Shown: positions 49,316 through 59,081, counted from the first letter of the stretch. The stretch is DNA of 64,000 nt from Candidatus Eiseniibacteriota bacterium (GCA_963717935.1 CAVQXP010000004.1:992001-1056000), one strand, 5' to 3'. The notes: generated by a model from the letters alone, not told the origin. Numbers and translations: made by a program.

Positions 49316-49556
49316 GGGGCGTCCTTGCCTCGGTTCCGATGCCATCGGGCGCGGTCCTCCGGACCCATTGACGAGAAGCAATCCCACGAGGTGCTGGGCC
49401 CGCAGATCCCGATGCGGAGCGACACTAATGTTAGCACAGCCCCGCGGCCCGGGGCCGGAGCCGATGACCGGCGCGGGGCGTCCCGGGGCGCCCGCGGGGC
49501 CGTTCGCCGGGCCGCGACTGGGGCATCTGGCCCACGCGGGGCCCGCTACGGCGGGG

Positions 49557-49667
49557 CTAGCGGAAGAGGGTGAAGCGCAGGACCACCAGCAGGAAGAGCA
49601 GGACCAGGTAGAACTGGACGAAGTACAGGGCGAAGCGCTTGGTCCTGGTCATCTTCACCGGGGGCAT
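49557..49667 (-). CDS. 36-aa single-TM small protein, not in the ORF track
   Basis: MPPVKMTRTKRFALYFVQFYLVLLFLLVVLRFTLFR; GAGG RBS; starts 7 nt after the upstream stop; every third codon position is G/C. Confidence 0.8.
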   Translation of the reverse strand: MPPVKMTRTKRFALYFVQFYLVLLFLLVVLRFTLFR

Positions 49668-49674
49668 GGCCGCC

Positions 49675-50964
49675 TCACGTCCTCACCTTGGTCACGACGC
49701 CCTTCATGACCTCGTTGTAGCGCACGACGCCGAGCAGGCGGTCGCGGTGGTCCACGACCGGCAGCAGCCGGTAGTGGTATTTCGCGAACAACTCCTGCAG
49801 GTCGTCCCGCAGATCCTCGGCCTCTGCGCTCACGACCGGGGAGATCATGATGTCGCCCACGAGCGCGTCGTCCTGCGCCAGCACCAGGTCGCGCAGGTCC
49901 ACCACGCCCTCCAGCACGCGCTCCTCGCCCTCGACCACGTAGACGTACGAGATGCTGCCGGCCTCGCGGCCGGAGCGGCGGATGTCACCCAGCACCTCGC
50001 CCACGCGGCTCTCCCTGCCGACCGCGAGGACGTCCGGCGTCATCAGCGAGTGGGCCGTGACCTCGCGCTCCGAGAGGATGGCATGCAGCCGTCGCGCGGT
50101 CTCGGCGGGCAGCATCTTCGTGAGCTCGGTCACGTGGGCATGGGGCAACACGGTGAAGAGGTCGGCGAGCTGGGCCACGTTCATCTCCGAGAGCACGGCT
50201 CGCGCCCGCTCCTCGCGCATGTCGGCGATGATCTGGCGCTGCGCGCGCGGCTCGGCCTCGAGCAGCGCCTCGGCCGCGGTCTCCGAGTCGAGCGCCGAGA
50301 ACAGCGCCTCCTGCTCCTTGCCGGAGAGCTCCTCGAGCGCGTCGGCCAGATCCTCGGGCGGCAGGTCCACGAGCTGCTTGCGCGTCACCGAGAGCAGCAC
50401 CTTGTCGGTGGTGACCGCGTCCTCGACGTTGAGCGGCTGGACGTACTTCCAGGTGATCAGGTTCTCCTTGAAGAGCTGGAGCCACCCGAGGTGCCAGCGC
50501 CGCAGGAAGCCGTTGAAGGAGGTGTCCACGTGGACGACGGCCAGGCGGCCGCGGCTCTCCAGCAGCTGCACGTCGTTGACGGCCTCGACGCGCCGGCCGT
50601 CGATGTCGAGGATGGTGCGCCCGACCAGGTGGTTCTCGAGCAGCATCCAGCCCGGCTGGTCCACGAACGGGGGATAGGCCTCGCCCTCCTCGGGCGGCTG
50701 CACGAAGATGGCGTCGTCCTCGATGCGCAGCACTCGCTTCCAGGGCACGAACTCGTTGGGCTTGCCCCAGCCGTGCTCGAGGTAGATCCCGACCGCCTCG
50801 GGATAGGGCTCGTTGAGCGAGAAGACCAGGTCGTCCACCTTGCCGATGCGGTCGTGGATCTTGCCCTTGCAGACCGGGCGGTGGATCAGCTGCGAGAAAT
50901 AGAGGAACCGGAACTCGCCCGGCAGCTCGAGGTTCTTCAGGCTCTTCTGGTTCGTCGCTGCCAT
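49675..50964 (-). CDS. Soluble PRC-barrel + MgtE N-domain + CBS-pair protein without TM domain
   Basis: IGKVDDLV, ILDIDGRRV..VNDV, LPPEDLADALEEL, SLMTPD, YVYVV..GVVDLRDL, LPVVD..LLGVV. Confidence 0.85.
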   Translation of the reverse strand: MAATNQKSLKNLELPGEFRFLYFSQLIHRPVCKGKIHDRIGKVDDLVFSLNEPYPEAVGIYLEHGWGKPNEFVPWKRVLRIEDDAIFVQPPEEGEAYPPFVDQPGWMLLENHLVGRTILDIDGRRVEAVNDVQLLESRGRLAVVHVDTSFNGFLRRWHLGWLQLFKENLITWKYVQPLNVEDAVTTDKVLLSVTRKQLVDLPPEDLADALEELSGKEQEALFSALDSETAAEALLEAEPRAQRQIIADMREERARAVLSEMNVAQLADLFTVLPHAHVTELTKMLPAETARRLHAILSEREVTAHSLMTPDVLAVGRESRVGEVLGDIRRSGREAGSISYVYVVEGEERVLEGVVDLRDLVLAQDDALVGDIMISPVVSAEAEDLRDDLQELFAKYHYRLLPVVDHRDRLLGVVRYNEVMKGVVTKVRT

Positions 50965-50976
50965 GGACGTCTCTCG

Positions 50977-52293
50977 CTAGGAGTGTGGGAAGAGCCCCGG
51001 GAAGAGGGTGCTGAGCGCGAACATCGTCGAGGCGATGATGATGACGATGACGATGCTCCAATTCACAAGGTTCTGCCAGCGCGAATTCACGTACTTGCCC
51101 ATGAAGCCCCGGTCGTTGAGGAGCAGGATGAGGAAGACGAGGCAGACCGGCAGCAGGGTCACCGCCACCACCTGGACGTACATCGTGATGGTCACGAGCG
51201 GAGCGCCGGGGATGAGCACCACGGCGCCGCTGGTGAGCAGCATGCCGAGGTAGGCGAGGTAGAACCACGGCGCGTCCCGCACGCTCCGGTTCAGCGAGTG
51301 GGCCCAGCCCATGACCTCGCCCAGCGCCCAGGACGAGGACAGCGAGATGCACAGGGCTCCGAGGAAACCCGCGTCGAACAGGCCGATGGCGAAGAGTTGC
51401 TGGGCCAGGCGGCCCTGCCCGTGCGGCAGCAGGGGCACCAGCGCGTCGGCGGTCTGCCGGGCGTCCTCGATCGCGAGGGGGGGTGTGTGGTAGTGGAAGG
51501 CGGCACCCGTCGTGATGATGATGAACACGGCCACCACGCAGGTGATGATCGCTCCGGCCAGCGTGTCCCACTTGCCGAAGCGCACGTCGTGGATGTCGAG
51601 CCCCTTGTCCACGACCGAGGACTGCTGGAAGAACAACTGCCAGGGCGTGATGGTCGTGCCCACGATCGCGAGGATCATGAACAGGAGCCCCGCGGTGAAG
51701 CCGCCCGGGATCTCGGGCCACACGAAGCCGCTGGCCACCTTGTTCCAGCCGGGTGCGCCGGGCGCGTTCATGGCCCACAGCGCCGCCGGGATGTAGACCA
51801 GGTTGAAGACGCAGAAGAAGAGCGTCAGCTTCTCGAAGGTCCAGTAACGCCCGGTCAGCACCACCGCGAAGAGGATGGCCGTCACGCCCAGGAACGTGAT
51901 CCAGGGCGGCACGCCGAAGATGCTCGCCGCGGCCGTCATGCCGATGTACTCGGTGATGAGCGTGAGCCAGTTGACGACCGCCAGGTCGATGATCGAGAAC
52001 CAGCCCCAGAACGGCCCGAACCCCTCGAAGACGGCTTCGGCGTGCCCGCGCTTGGTGACCGCCCCCAGGCGCACGGTCATCTCCTGGATGTAGTAGGCGA
52101 TCGGGACCAGCAGGACGAAGATCCAGAGCAGGCTGAAGCCGTACTTCGACCCGGTCACGGCGTAGGTGGAGATGCCACCGGCGTCGTTGTCGGCCACCAT
52201 GGTGATGATGCCCGGGCCCAGCACGGCGGCGAAGATCGCCACCTGACGCCGGAAACGCGAGAGCTTGTGGATGCTCTTGCTGAGCCAGTACAC
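50977..52293 (-). CDS. NRAMP-related Mg2+ transporter (NRMT type)
   Basis: GPGIITMVADNDAGGISTY, IQEMTVRLG, GTTITPWQLFFQQS; start approximate. Confidence 0.88.
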   Translation of the reverse strand: MYWLSKSIHKLSRFRRQVAIFAAVLGPGIITMVADNDAGGISTYAVTGSKYGFSLLWIFVLLVPIAYYIQEMTVRLGAVTKRGHAEAVFEGFGPFWGWFSIIDLAVVNWLTLITEYIGMTAAASIFGVPPWITFLGVTAILFAVVLTGRYWTFEKLTLFFCVFNLVYIPAALWAMNAPGAPGWNKVASGFVWPEIPGGFTAGLLFMILAIVGTTITPWQLFFQQSSVVDKGLDIHDVRFGKWDTLAGAIITCVVAVFIIITTGAAFHYHTPPLAIEDARQTADALVPLLPHGQGRLAQQLFAIGLFDAGFLGALCISLSSSWALGEVMGWAHSLNRSVRDAPWFYLAYLGMLLTSGAVVLIPGAPLVTITMYVQVVAVTLLPVCLVFLILLLNDRGFMGKYVNSRWQNLVNWSIVIVIIIASTMFALSTLFPGLFPHS

Positions 52294-52446
52294 GTGCACC
52301 TCGGGGTGGGGCCTGGGGTGGGCGCAGGCCCATGCAGCCTGGCGCAGGCGGACCGAGCGCAGGGTAGGCCGCGACCCCGCGGGCGGCAAGCAGAAACGCG
52401 CCGGACGCGCGGCGGATCGCGACGTGCCCCGCGATCCGGAACCCGC

Positions 52447-52476
52447 TTGACACCCCGCGACGGTGGCCGATACGGT
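52447..52476 (+). promoter_or_regulatory. Putative sigma70 promoter of the ptsN operon
   Basis: TTGACA-18bp-TACGGT. Confidence 0.5.
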
Positions 52477-52523
52477 GCGAGTCCCAAGATCGGCTGTACG
52501 GCCGCCACGGAGTACTCCCCGCC

Positions 52524-52997
52524 ATGAGGCTCTCCGAGCTCCTCAACCCGAACGCGATCAGCCTGCGCCTGAAGGGCCGCACCAAGCGCGAGGTGCTGGT
52601 CGAGCTCGTCGACCTGCTCGAGTCCAGCCATGGTTTCGCGAGCCAGGGTGAGATCCTCGACCGCGTGCTGCGGCGCGAGGCCATGATGTCCACGGGGCTC
52701 TTTCCCGGCGCGGCCATCCCGCACGGCAAGGCCCGCTCGGTGGACCGCATGGCGGCCGCCTGCGGTCTCTCGCCCGAGGGCGTGGATTTCGAGTCGGAGG
52801 ACGGTCAGCCGACCCACCTGTTCGTGCTGCTGGTCTCGCCCGAGAACGCCACCACGCCGCACGTGCGGCTGCTCGCGAACATCTCGCGCCTGTTGAAGAA
52901 CGACTCCGTGCGCGAGGGCCTGCTCGCGGCGCGCAGCCCGGAGGCGTTCCTGGCGATGGTGCAGGGCGGCGAGAGCGCCTTCATCCCACAGGGCTGA
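52524..52997 (+). CDS. ptsN: PTS EIIA (Ntr/Fru-type)
   Basis: REAMMSTG..AIPHGK, GVDFESEDG, HVRLLANISR. Confidence 0.85.
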   Translation: MRLSELLNPNAISLRLKGRTKREVLVELVDLLESSHGFASQGEILDRVLRREAMMSTGLFPGAAIPHGKARSVDRMAAACGLSPEGVDFESEDGQPTHLFVLLVSPENATTPHVRLLANISRLLKNDSVREGLLAARSPEAFLAMVQGGESAFIPQG

Positions 52998-53034
52998 CGC
53001 CCGGCCAGGGCCACCGGTCGGGACGGGGGACACG

Positions 53035-53688
53035 GTGCACTTCCTCGATGCCTGGGTGGCGTTGCCGCCCCTCGACCTCTTGCGCCTCGCCGCTCCCGCC
53101 GCACTGCTGCTGATCGCGGTGCTGGTGCCCGGCCGCGTGACGGCACGGCTCGCCACGCTGGGCCTGGCGGTCTCGCTCCCGTTCCTGCGTGAATCGGGCG
53201 CCTCCGCCTGGGTCACCGCGGGCTGGGTGCTGCTCTGGCTCGCGATCGCCTGGCAGGCGGGACTGCCCTCGAAGCGCACGGCGCGCTCCGGCGCGCGGTG
53301 GGGGGAGATCGAGTCGGGCGCGGTGGGGCTGCTGCTCGGGTCGGCGTTGCTGGCGCTGCTCATCGCGGGGGTGGCGCGGCTCGACCTCGACGCCGCCCCG
53401 ACGCGGCAGTGTTCCCTTGGCGTGCTGCTCGTCAGCCTTGGTTTCCTGCACCTCATGCTGCGGCGCCATGCCGTGCGCGCCGCCACCGCCTTTGCGGCGA
53501 TGGGGCTCGGCCTGCAGCTGCTGCAGGCCGCCGTGCGCACGGTCGTGACGACCGGCGGCGAAGCCCTCGATGGACTGCCGCTCCTCGCCACCGCGCTGGC
53601 CGTGGTGGTGGCGGTGCGCATCGGCGCGGCGCGCGTCACCACGGCCGGCTCGGCGTGGGTGAGCGATGCCCACGACCTGCATGACTGA
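53035..53688 (+). CDS. Membrane protein, remotely NuoK/MrpC/HyfE-like
   Basis: About 7 hydrophobic segments; LGFLHLMLRRHAVR resembles the NuoK GxxGxLxRRN motif. Confidence 0.55.
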   Translation: MHFLDAWVALPPLDLLRLAAPAALLLIAVLVPGRVTARLATLGLAVSLPFLRESGASAWVTAGWVLLWLAIAWQAGLPSKRTARSGARWGEIESGAVGLLLGSALLALLIAGVARLDLDAAPTRQCSLGVLLVSLGFLHLMLRRHAVRAATAFAAMGLGLQLLQAAVRTVVTTGGEALDGLPLLATALAVVVAVRIGAARVTTAGSAWVSDAHDLHD

Positions 53689-53691
53689 GCC

Positions 53692-55026
53692 ATGCGCTTC
53701 CTGAGCCACCTGGTCCCCGGACCCCGCCCCGTCGGCGGACTGCTGTGCGCGGCCGGTCTCGCGCTCGTCGTCCTGCCCGCGCGTTTCGCCCCGGCGCTCG
53801 GGGTCGAGCTGCTCGCGGCCGGGTTCTGGTGGTGGGCCCGCGCCAGCGACGAGCCCGCGTTCCAGGTGCCCCGCTGGAGCTGGCTGCGCCGCCCCGCGAC
53901 CGCGCTGTGGCTGGCGGCGGCCATCGAGGTGGCACTGCCCGGGCCCGCCGCCGGCCTCCCGGTGCCGCCCGCCACGCTCGCGTTCTGGTCGCGGGTCGAA
54001 GCCATCGCGATCGTCTGGGCGGCGCTCGAACTGCTGGCGGCGCTGCCGCTGGCGCGACCGTTCTCGGACCTGCCGGGCCCGCTCATCGCGCACGGCGCAT
54101 GGCTGCCGGCGCTGCTGCCCGCGGCGGGATTCGTGCTGCTCTGGCGCCTGGCGCCGCGCTGGCTGGACGTGGACGACGTGCGCGAAGCAGCCGCGGTCCT
54201 GCTGCTGCTCACGGCGGCGTTGGCCGCGCTGCGGGCCTACGGGCGGCGGCGCTGGACCGCCGGGTTGCGCTGGCTGGTGGTCTTCGACAGCGCGCTGGCG
54301 GGCGTGCTCCTGTCGAGCGGTGCGGTCCCGCCCTGGATCGTGGTGGTGCTCTGGAGCGGCGCTTTCGGCACGCACGCCTACCTGCTGGCCGCGGAGCTCG
54401 GGGGGGCGACCCCGCGCCGCGGCCCGGTGATGGCGATGCTGTGGCGCACGACATCGTGGATCTCGACCGCGGCACTGGGCTGGCCGCTGCTCGCCGCCGC
54501 GGGCAACCTGAGCCCGCGCCGCGCCGTCCTCACGCTGGTCTGCGGCGGCATCCCGATCGCGCTCGCTTCGTGGGTGAACGTGGCTCGCCTGGTCGAGGCC
54601 CCCGAGCGCCGCGCGCTCGCCCGGCCGATCTTGTGGCTCACCCCGAGCCGCATGGCCCCGGCCGTACTGCTCTCGGGCGTGCCCCTGGCGCTGGCGAGCG
54701 CGTGGTGGGTGGGCTTCGCGCCGAGCTGGCTCTTCGCCCTGCTCGCGCTGGTGCCCGCGTTCGTGGGCGGATCGCTCGGCCTGCTCGCCGTGCGTCCCGC
54801 CGAGGCCGGCCGCGGGGCGCGCGCGGGTCAGATCGCCCAGCATGTCGCGCGCCGCCTGTTCCGCCTCGTGGTCGGTCTCGAGCGCGCGCTGGTCTCGGGA
54901 GCGGTGCGCCTGGCGCGGGTGCTCGCCACCCCGCTGCGCGACCTGCACACCGGTGACGCGCAGGAGTACGTACTCTTCCTCGTCGGGGTGGCCGTGCTCG
55001 CCATCCTGTTGCCCCTGCTGCGATGA
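53692..55026 (+). CDS. Polytopic membrane protein with a NuoL/MrpA-like C-terminus
   Basis: Long amphipathic helix, then LRDLHTGDAQEY and a final TM. Confidence 0.6.
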   Translation: MRFLSHLVPGPRPVGGLLCAAGLALVVLPARFAPALGVELLAAGFWWWARASDEPAFQVPRWSWLRRPATALWLAAAIEVALPGPAAGLPVPPATLAFWSRVEAIAIVWAALELLAALPLARPFSDLPGPLIAHGAWLPALLPAAGFVLLWRLAPRWLDVDDVREAAAVLLLLTAALAALRAYGRRRWTAGLRWLVVFDSALAGVLLSSGAVPPWIVVVLWSGAFGTHAYLLAAELGGATPRRGPVMAMLWRTTSWISTAALGWPLLAAAGNLSPRRAVLTLVCGGIPIALASWVNVARLVEAPERRALARPILWLTPSRMAPAVLLSGVPLALASAWWVGFAPSWLFALLALVPAFVGGSLGLLAVRPAEAGRGARAGQIAQHVARRLFRLVVGLERALVSGAVRLARVLATPLRDLHTGDAQEYVLFLVGVAVLAILLPLLR

Positions 55027-56231
55027 GCGCGCGCGCCCTGCTCGGAGATCCCGCCCTGCCCGTGGCGCTTGCGTTGGTCGCGGCCCTGCTCCTGGTCGCG
55101 TCCGAGCGTCGGCGGCGCCCGCTCTTCGGCTCGCTGGGCCTGCTGCTCGCGCTCGTGCCCTGCGCGCTGGTGCTCGCGCGGCTCGAAGCGGTCGGCTGGG
55201 CCCTGGCACCGCTGGTGGCCGCGCTCGTCGCCGCCGCGCTCGCCCGCGAGCGCCCGGACCCGCTTCCCGGCGAGTGCGCGCTCAAGCTGGTCTGGGTGCT
55301 GGGTGGTGCCTTCGCCCTCACCGCCGTGGGGCTCGCGCTGCTGACGCTCGCCACCGGCGTGACCGCGCCGCTCGAACAGTGGAGTGTCCTGCAGCTGGGC
55401 CTCTCGCAGCGCATGGTGTGGGCGGTGGCGCTGCCGCTCACACTGCTCGCGGGCGTGGTGCTGCTGGGGGGGGCGCCGTTCCACTTCTGGGTGGCCGACC
55501 TGCTCCAGGGCGCGCCCTCCGCGCTCGCGCCGCTGGCGGTCGCGGTCCTGCAGGGCCTGGGCGCGATGTGGCTGGTCCGGCGTCTCGAGGGCGTCGAGGT
55601 GTTCGGGGGCGGTGCCGTGCTGGCGGGCACTCTGCTGCGCACCGCCGCGATCGCCGCGTTCCTCGCCGGCGCGGGGACGCTCCTGTCGCAGCGCCGGCCC
55701 GAGCGGCGCGTGGGCACCCTCGCGAGCCTGCAGGGCGGGCTCGCGCTGGCCGCGCTCGCCGTCGCCGTGGGGCGCGGCCAGCGCGACGCGATGGTCTCCG
55801 CCTGGCTCGTGCCCTGGGCCGCGCACCTGGCGCTGGCGCTCTCCGGTGCGACGTTGCTCGCGCGGCTCACCCCCGCAGACCCGGTGGCGGGCGCGCCCGG
55901 AGGCCACCTGTTCCGGCGCCATCCGCTGAGCGCGTTCGCCGGCCTCTATGCGCTCCTTTCGCTGGCCGGCGCGCCGGGGACCCCGGGGGCGGGCCTCTGG
56001 CTCGAGATCGCGCGCGGGCTCGCGGCGAGTGGCAGGAACGGGCTCCTCATCGCGCTCGCTCTCGGCTGGCTCGCGGCCTTCGCCACCGTGATGCGCGAGC
56101 TGCGCGAGGGTTTCGGCGCGCCCACGGCGGTGCGGCCCGAGCGCAACGTGCCCATGCCGATGCGCGCCGCGCTCTGGGTGAGTGGCGCGGGGCTGGCCGT
56201 GCTGGGAGCAGCGGGGCTGGTACTGCGGTAG
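55023..56231 (+). CDS. Degenerate NuoN/MrpD-like antiporter-fold protein
   Basis: ECALK, APFHFWVADLLQGAP, LLSLAGAPGTPG; ATGA overlap. Confidence 0.72.
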   Translation: MSARALLGDPALPVALALVAALLLVASERRRRPLFGSLGLLLALVPCALVLARLEAVGWALAPLVAALVAAALARERPDPLPGECALKLVWVLGGAFALTAVGLALLTLATGVTAPLEQWSVLQLGLSQRMVWAVALPLTLLAGVVLLGGAPFHFWVADLLQGAPSALAPLAVAVLQGLGAMWLVRRLEGVEVFGGGAVLAGTLLRTAAIAAFLAGAGTLLSQRRPERRVGTLASLQGGLALAALAVAVGRGQRDAMVSAWLVPWAAHLALALSGATLLARLTPADPVAGAPGGHLFRRHPLSAFAGLYALLSLAGAPGTPGAGLWLEIARGLAASGRNGLLIALALGWLAAFATVMRELREGFGAPTAVRPERNVPMPMRAALWVSGAGLAVLGAAGLVLR

Positions 56232-56295
56232 CGGTAGTGGAGCGCGATCCGCCGCCGAAACGAGCGGACGGGGACGCGATCGGGGCCCCGCGGGG

Positions 56296-56344
56296 AAGTT
56301 GGTGCGCCGCCTGGGACTTGAACCTGGAACCTGCTGATCAGGAG
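56296..56344 (-). repeat. Degenerate direct repeat of the tRNA-Lys 3' half (att site)
   Basis: AAGTTGGTGCGCCGCCTGGGACTTGAACCTGGAACCTGCTGATCAGGAG versus 59002-59050: 49 nt, 5 mismatches. Confidence 0.92.
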
Positions 56345-56428
56345 ACCCTGACCTGCCGCCAGCCCGGCGACCAGCGTAGACTACCGTCTCTTGTTCTCAA
56401 CGAATGTGCACCGGGAGGATGATCGACG

Positions 56429-58651
56429 ATGTCCCCCAGCACGCGGCCGGAGACTCAACGTCCGCCGTCCACCTCCGTCCCGTCGCTCGGGGAGCCCGTG
56501 GATCAGACGGTTCACCGGACCGAAGCCCTGGCGCTCGCGTCCGTGCTGCTGCTCGCGCTTGCGGCGCGCCTGCCCCTGCTGAGTTGGGGATTGCCCGACG
56601 TCCTCGAGGAGGCCATTCCCTTCTGGGTCGCCTGGGATATGTGGGGCTGGCATTCCGACTGGCGTCTCGGCCTCGACCCCGGCTTCTTCCGCTACCCCAG
56701 CCTGGTGATCTACCTCCAGCTCGCGGCGCAGGTGCTGCACTACGCCGCACTCCGGCTCACGGGATCGGTCCACTCGGTCCAGGAGTTCTACGCGGTCTTT
56801 CAGGCCGCGCCAGGGCCCTCGCTGGTGATCGCGCGCTCGATCACGGCCGCCTTCGGCGTGCTGACGCTGTGGCCGGCCTGGGCGCTTGCACGGCGCGCCG
56901 CCGGGCCGCGGGCCGCGGTGCTGGCGATGCTGCTGCTGGCGCTCCACCCGGTCCTGCTCGCCCGCTCACAGCTCGTGGAAGTGGACCTCCCGCTCACGTT
57001 CTTCACCACCTGGGGCCTGCTGCTTGCGGTACGCTTCACGGAGCAACCGTCGGCGCGTCGCGCGCTGGGGATGGGGCTGGTCGCGGGGCTCGCGACCTCG
57101 TGCAAGTACACGGGCGCGATGCTGCTCGCGCCCGCGCTGGTGGCGATTGCGATTGCGCGCCGAGTCGAGCCCACGGGCCCTGCGCCCGCTCGGGCCGGGG
57201 TGGGCGCGTCCGGACGCCGTCCGGCCCCGGCGCACGCGCGATCGGGCGTCGCGCGCGGGCCGGCGCGCTGGACGGCATCGCGCCCGGCGTGGGCGCTCCT
57301 CTGTGGCGCCGCGCTGCTCGTGGCGTTCCTCGCCTCCTCACCCTATGTGCTGATCGACCGCGCAGCGTTCATGCGTGACCTGCTCGACGAGCGGCAGCAC
57401 ATGGCCCTGGGTCACTTCGGCGTCACCGGAGGCCCCGCGCTCTTCGGCTACGCGCGTGAGTGGTTCGCGACGCTCATGGGATGGCCGCTCGGGATCGCAT
57501 CGCTCGCCGGGCTCATGTGGTTCGTAGCGCGCCGACGCCCATGGGCGCTGGTGCTGGCCGGCTTCCTGTTGCCATACGTGGCCATCGTGGGTTCCTGGAA
57601 CACGCAGGCCGAGCGCTACCTCGTCCCGCTCGTGCCGCTCAGCGTCGTGGCCGCGGCGGCGCTGGCCGTTGCCGTCATTGAAGCTGCCGAGGCCCGGCTG
57701 GTGCGCCGGCGGGCCGCGACCGAGGGCCCCGGGGCGCCCGCCCCCGGGCAGGCGCGTCCCGCCGCCGTGGTAGGGATCGCGCTCGCGGCTCTGGCGTTGG
57801 GCGGACCGCTGGCGCTCCGGCTGCCCGCGGTATACGCGAGCCGCGAGCCCGACACACGCACGCGCGCGCGCGAATGGATCGAAGCGAACGTGCCCGCAGG
57901 CTCGCTCATCCTGACCGAGGCCTACGGTCCCGACCTGTTCACCGCGATGCGGTACCGCCGGCTGAAGCGGAGCCCGCGCACGGTGCGTGACATGCTGAAG
58001 CGCCTCCACTACGAGCGGCCGATCTATGCGGTACTCGACCTGCCTGTCTTCCAGGTCACGCCTGAGCGCTCGGCCCGCTTCTACTCCGTGCGCGCCCACT
58101 CGCTCGCGGACATCGTGATCGTGAGCAGTTCGGTGCGCGACCGTTACCGTTTGGCGCCGGCGCGCTTCGGCCCCCAGCTTGCGTTCTACGACAGCCTCGA
58201 AGCCGGCTGGCGCAAGCTTCAGGTGTTACGCCCCGGGCGTGGTCCTGGCCCCGAGCTGGTGATCTACGGGAATCCGCGCGCGCTGCCGCCGTTCGCCGCC
58301 CGACGCGACCTCGGTCCAGCCGAGCCGGTCGCGGTGGCTGGGGCGCTCACGGGGGCCGAGGGCGCGTACTACACGCAGCTCGCGCTCAACTACGAGGTCT
58401 TCGGGCACCGCGAGCAGGCCAAGCAGTGCTATCTCCGCGCGCTGGAGGACGGCCGCGACGACCCGGCCAACTACGTGTTGGCCGCCACCTGGCTCTCGAT
58501 CCTGATGTGGCGCGAGCAGGGGCGTGATGCGGCCATTCGGGTGCTCGCGACCGCCGAACGGAACGCAACGGACCCCCGCGAGGTAACGCAGCTCGCCGCG
58601 CTGCGCGCCTCGCTTGAGTCGGCGGTCGCGAGCACGCCTGTCGAACCTTGA
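56429..58651 (+). CDS. GT-C (ArnT/PMT, GT39/83-like) membrane glycosyltransferase with TPR-like tail
   Basis: WGLPDVLEE, FFRYPSL, ARSITAAFG, GLATSCKYTG, SSPYVL, ERYLVP, DTRTRAREWI. Confidence 0.8.
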   Translation: MSPSTRPETQRPPSTSVPSLGEPVDQTVHRTEALALASVLLLALAARLPLLSWGLPDVLEEAIPFWVAWDMWGWHSDWRLGLDPGFFRYPSLVIYLQLAAQVLHYAALRLTGSVHSVQEFYAVFQAAPGPSLVIARSITAAFGVLTLWPAWALARRAAGPRAAVLAMLLLALHPVLLARSQLVEVDLPLTFFTTWGLLLAVRFTEQPSARRALGMGLVAGLATSCKYTGAMLLAPALVAIAIARRVEPTGPAPARAGVGASGRRPAPAHARSGVARGPARWTASRPAWALLCGAALLVAFLASSPYVLIDRAAFMRDLLDERQHMALGHFGVTGGPALFGYAREWFATLMGWPLGIASLAGLMWFVARRRPWALVLAGFLLPYVAIVGSWNTQAERYLVPLVPLSVVAAAALAVAVIEAAEARLVRRRAATEGPGAPAPGQARPAAVVGIALAALALGGPLALRLPAVYASREPDTRTRAREWIEANVPAGSLILTEAYGPDLFTAMRYRRLKRSPRTVRDMLKRLHYERPIYAVLDLPVFQVTPERSARFYSVRAHSLADIVIVSSSVRDRYRLAPARFGPQLAFYDSLEAGWRKLQVLRPGRGPGPELVIYGNPRALPPFAARRDLGPAEPVAVAGALTGAEGAYYTQLALNYEVFGHREQAKQCYLRALEDGRDDPANYVLAATWLSILMWREQGRDAAIRVLATAERNATDPREVTQLAALRASLESAVASTPVEP

Positions 58652-58769
58652 GCGACCTTGCGATCCTCGAACAAGCGCCAGCTCTCACGTCCTCCGCAGC
58701 AAGTCTGGGCGCGTGCGCCGGGTTCCGCTACCGCCCGAGGTGCCCGCCGAGTGCCGGGGGCGGGTCGGA

Positions 58770-58959
58770 CGACTCTCTCCGTTTCGGGACGCGTGCACGT
58801 TCAACCAGCGTGTCCGGAGGCTCACTCTCCGCGCTCCAGGCAGTGCGCGATCATGGCAGCATCGCGGTGACGGAGCGCTACGGGAAGATCGGCGATGATC
58901 TCGTGCAACGCGAGGCGCGGCGGCTCGCAGAGTACCGCGTGCGGGGGACGACAGCGTGA
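58770..58959 (+). pseudogene. C-terminal remnant of a tyrosine recombinase/integrase
   Basis: GGSLSALQAVRDHGSIAVTERYGKI matches the box II pattern (LGHxxxxxTxxY); the HxLRH motif and upstream domains are absent. Confidence 0.7.
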
Positions 58960-59005
58960 AAACTGGACCGAAAACGGGACCAACGCCCCGCCGCGATTCG
59001 TAAGT

Positions 59006-59081
59006 TGGTGCGCCGCCTAGGACTTGAACCTAGAACCTACTGATTAAGAGTCAGTTGCTCTACCAATTGAGCTAGCGGCGC
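59006..59081 (-). tRNA. tRNA-Lys(CTT)
   Basis: GCGCCGCTAGCTCAATTGGTAGAGCAACTGACT-CTT-AATCAGTAGGTTCTAGGTTCAAGTCCTAGGCGGCGCACCA, 76 nt with encoded CCA. Confidence 0.97.

Larger units (their letters stand above)
56296..59050. mobile_element. Decayed tRNA-Lys-integrated genomic islet
   Basis: Bounded by the att repeats; contains an integrase remnant and one cargo gene. Confidence 0.75.

Noticed and set aside
52294..52446. M-box or yybP-ykoY riboswitch before the NRMT gene
   Set aside because: Only generic GC hairpins seen; no conserved core recognised
56296..56344. Second tRNA gene
   Set aside because: Only the 3' half is present and the T-stem pairing is broken; it is an att remnant
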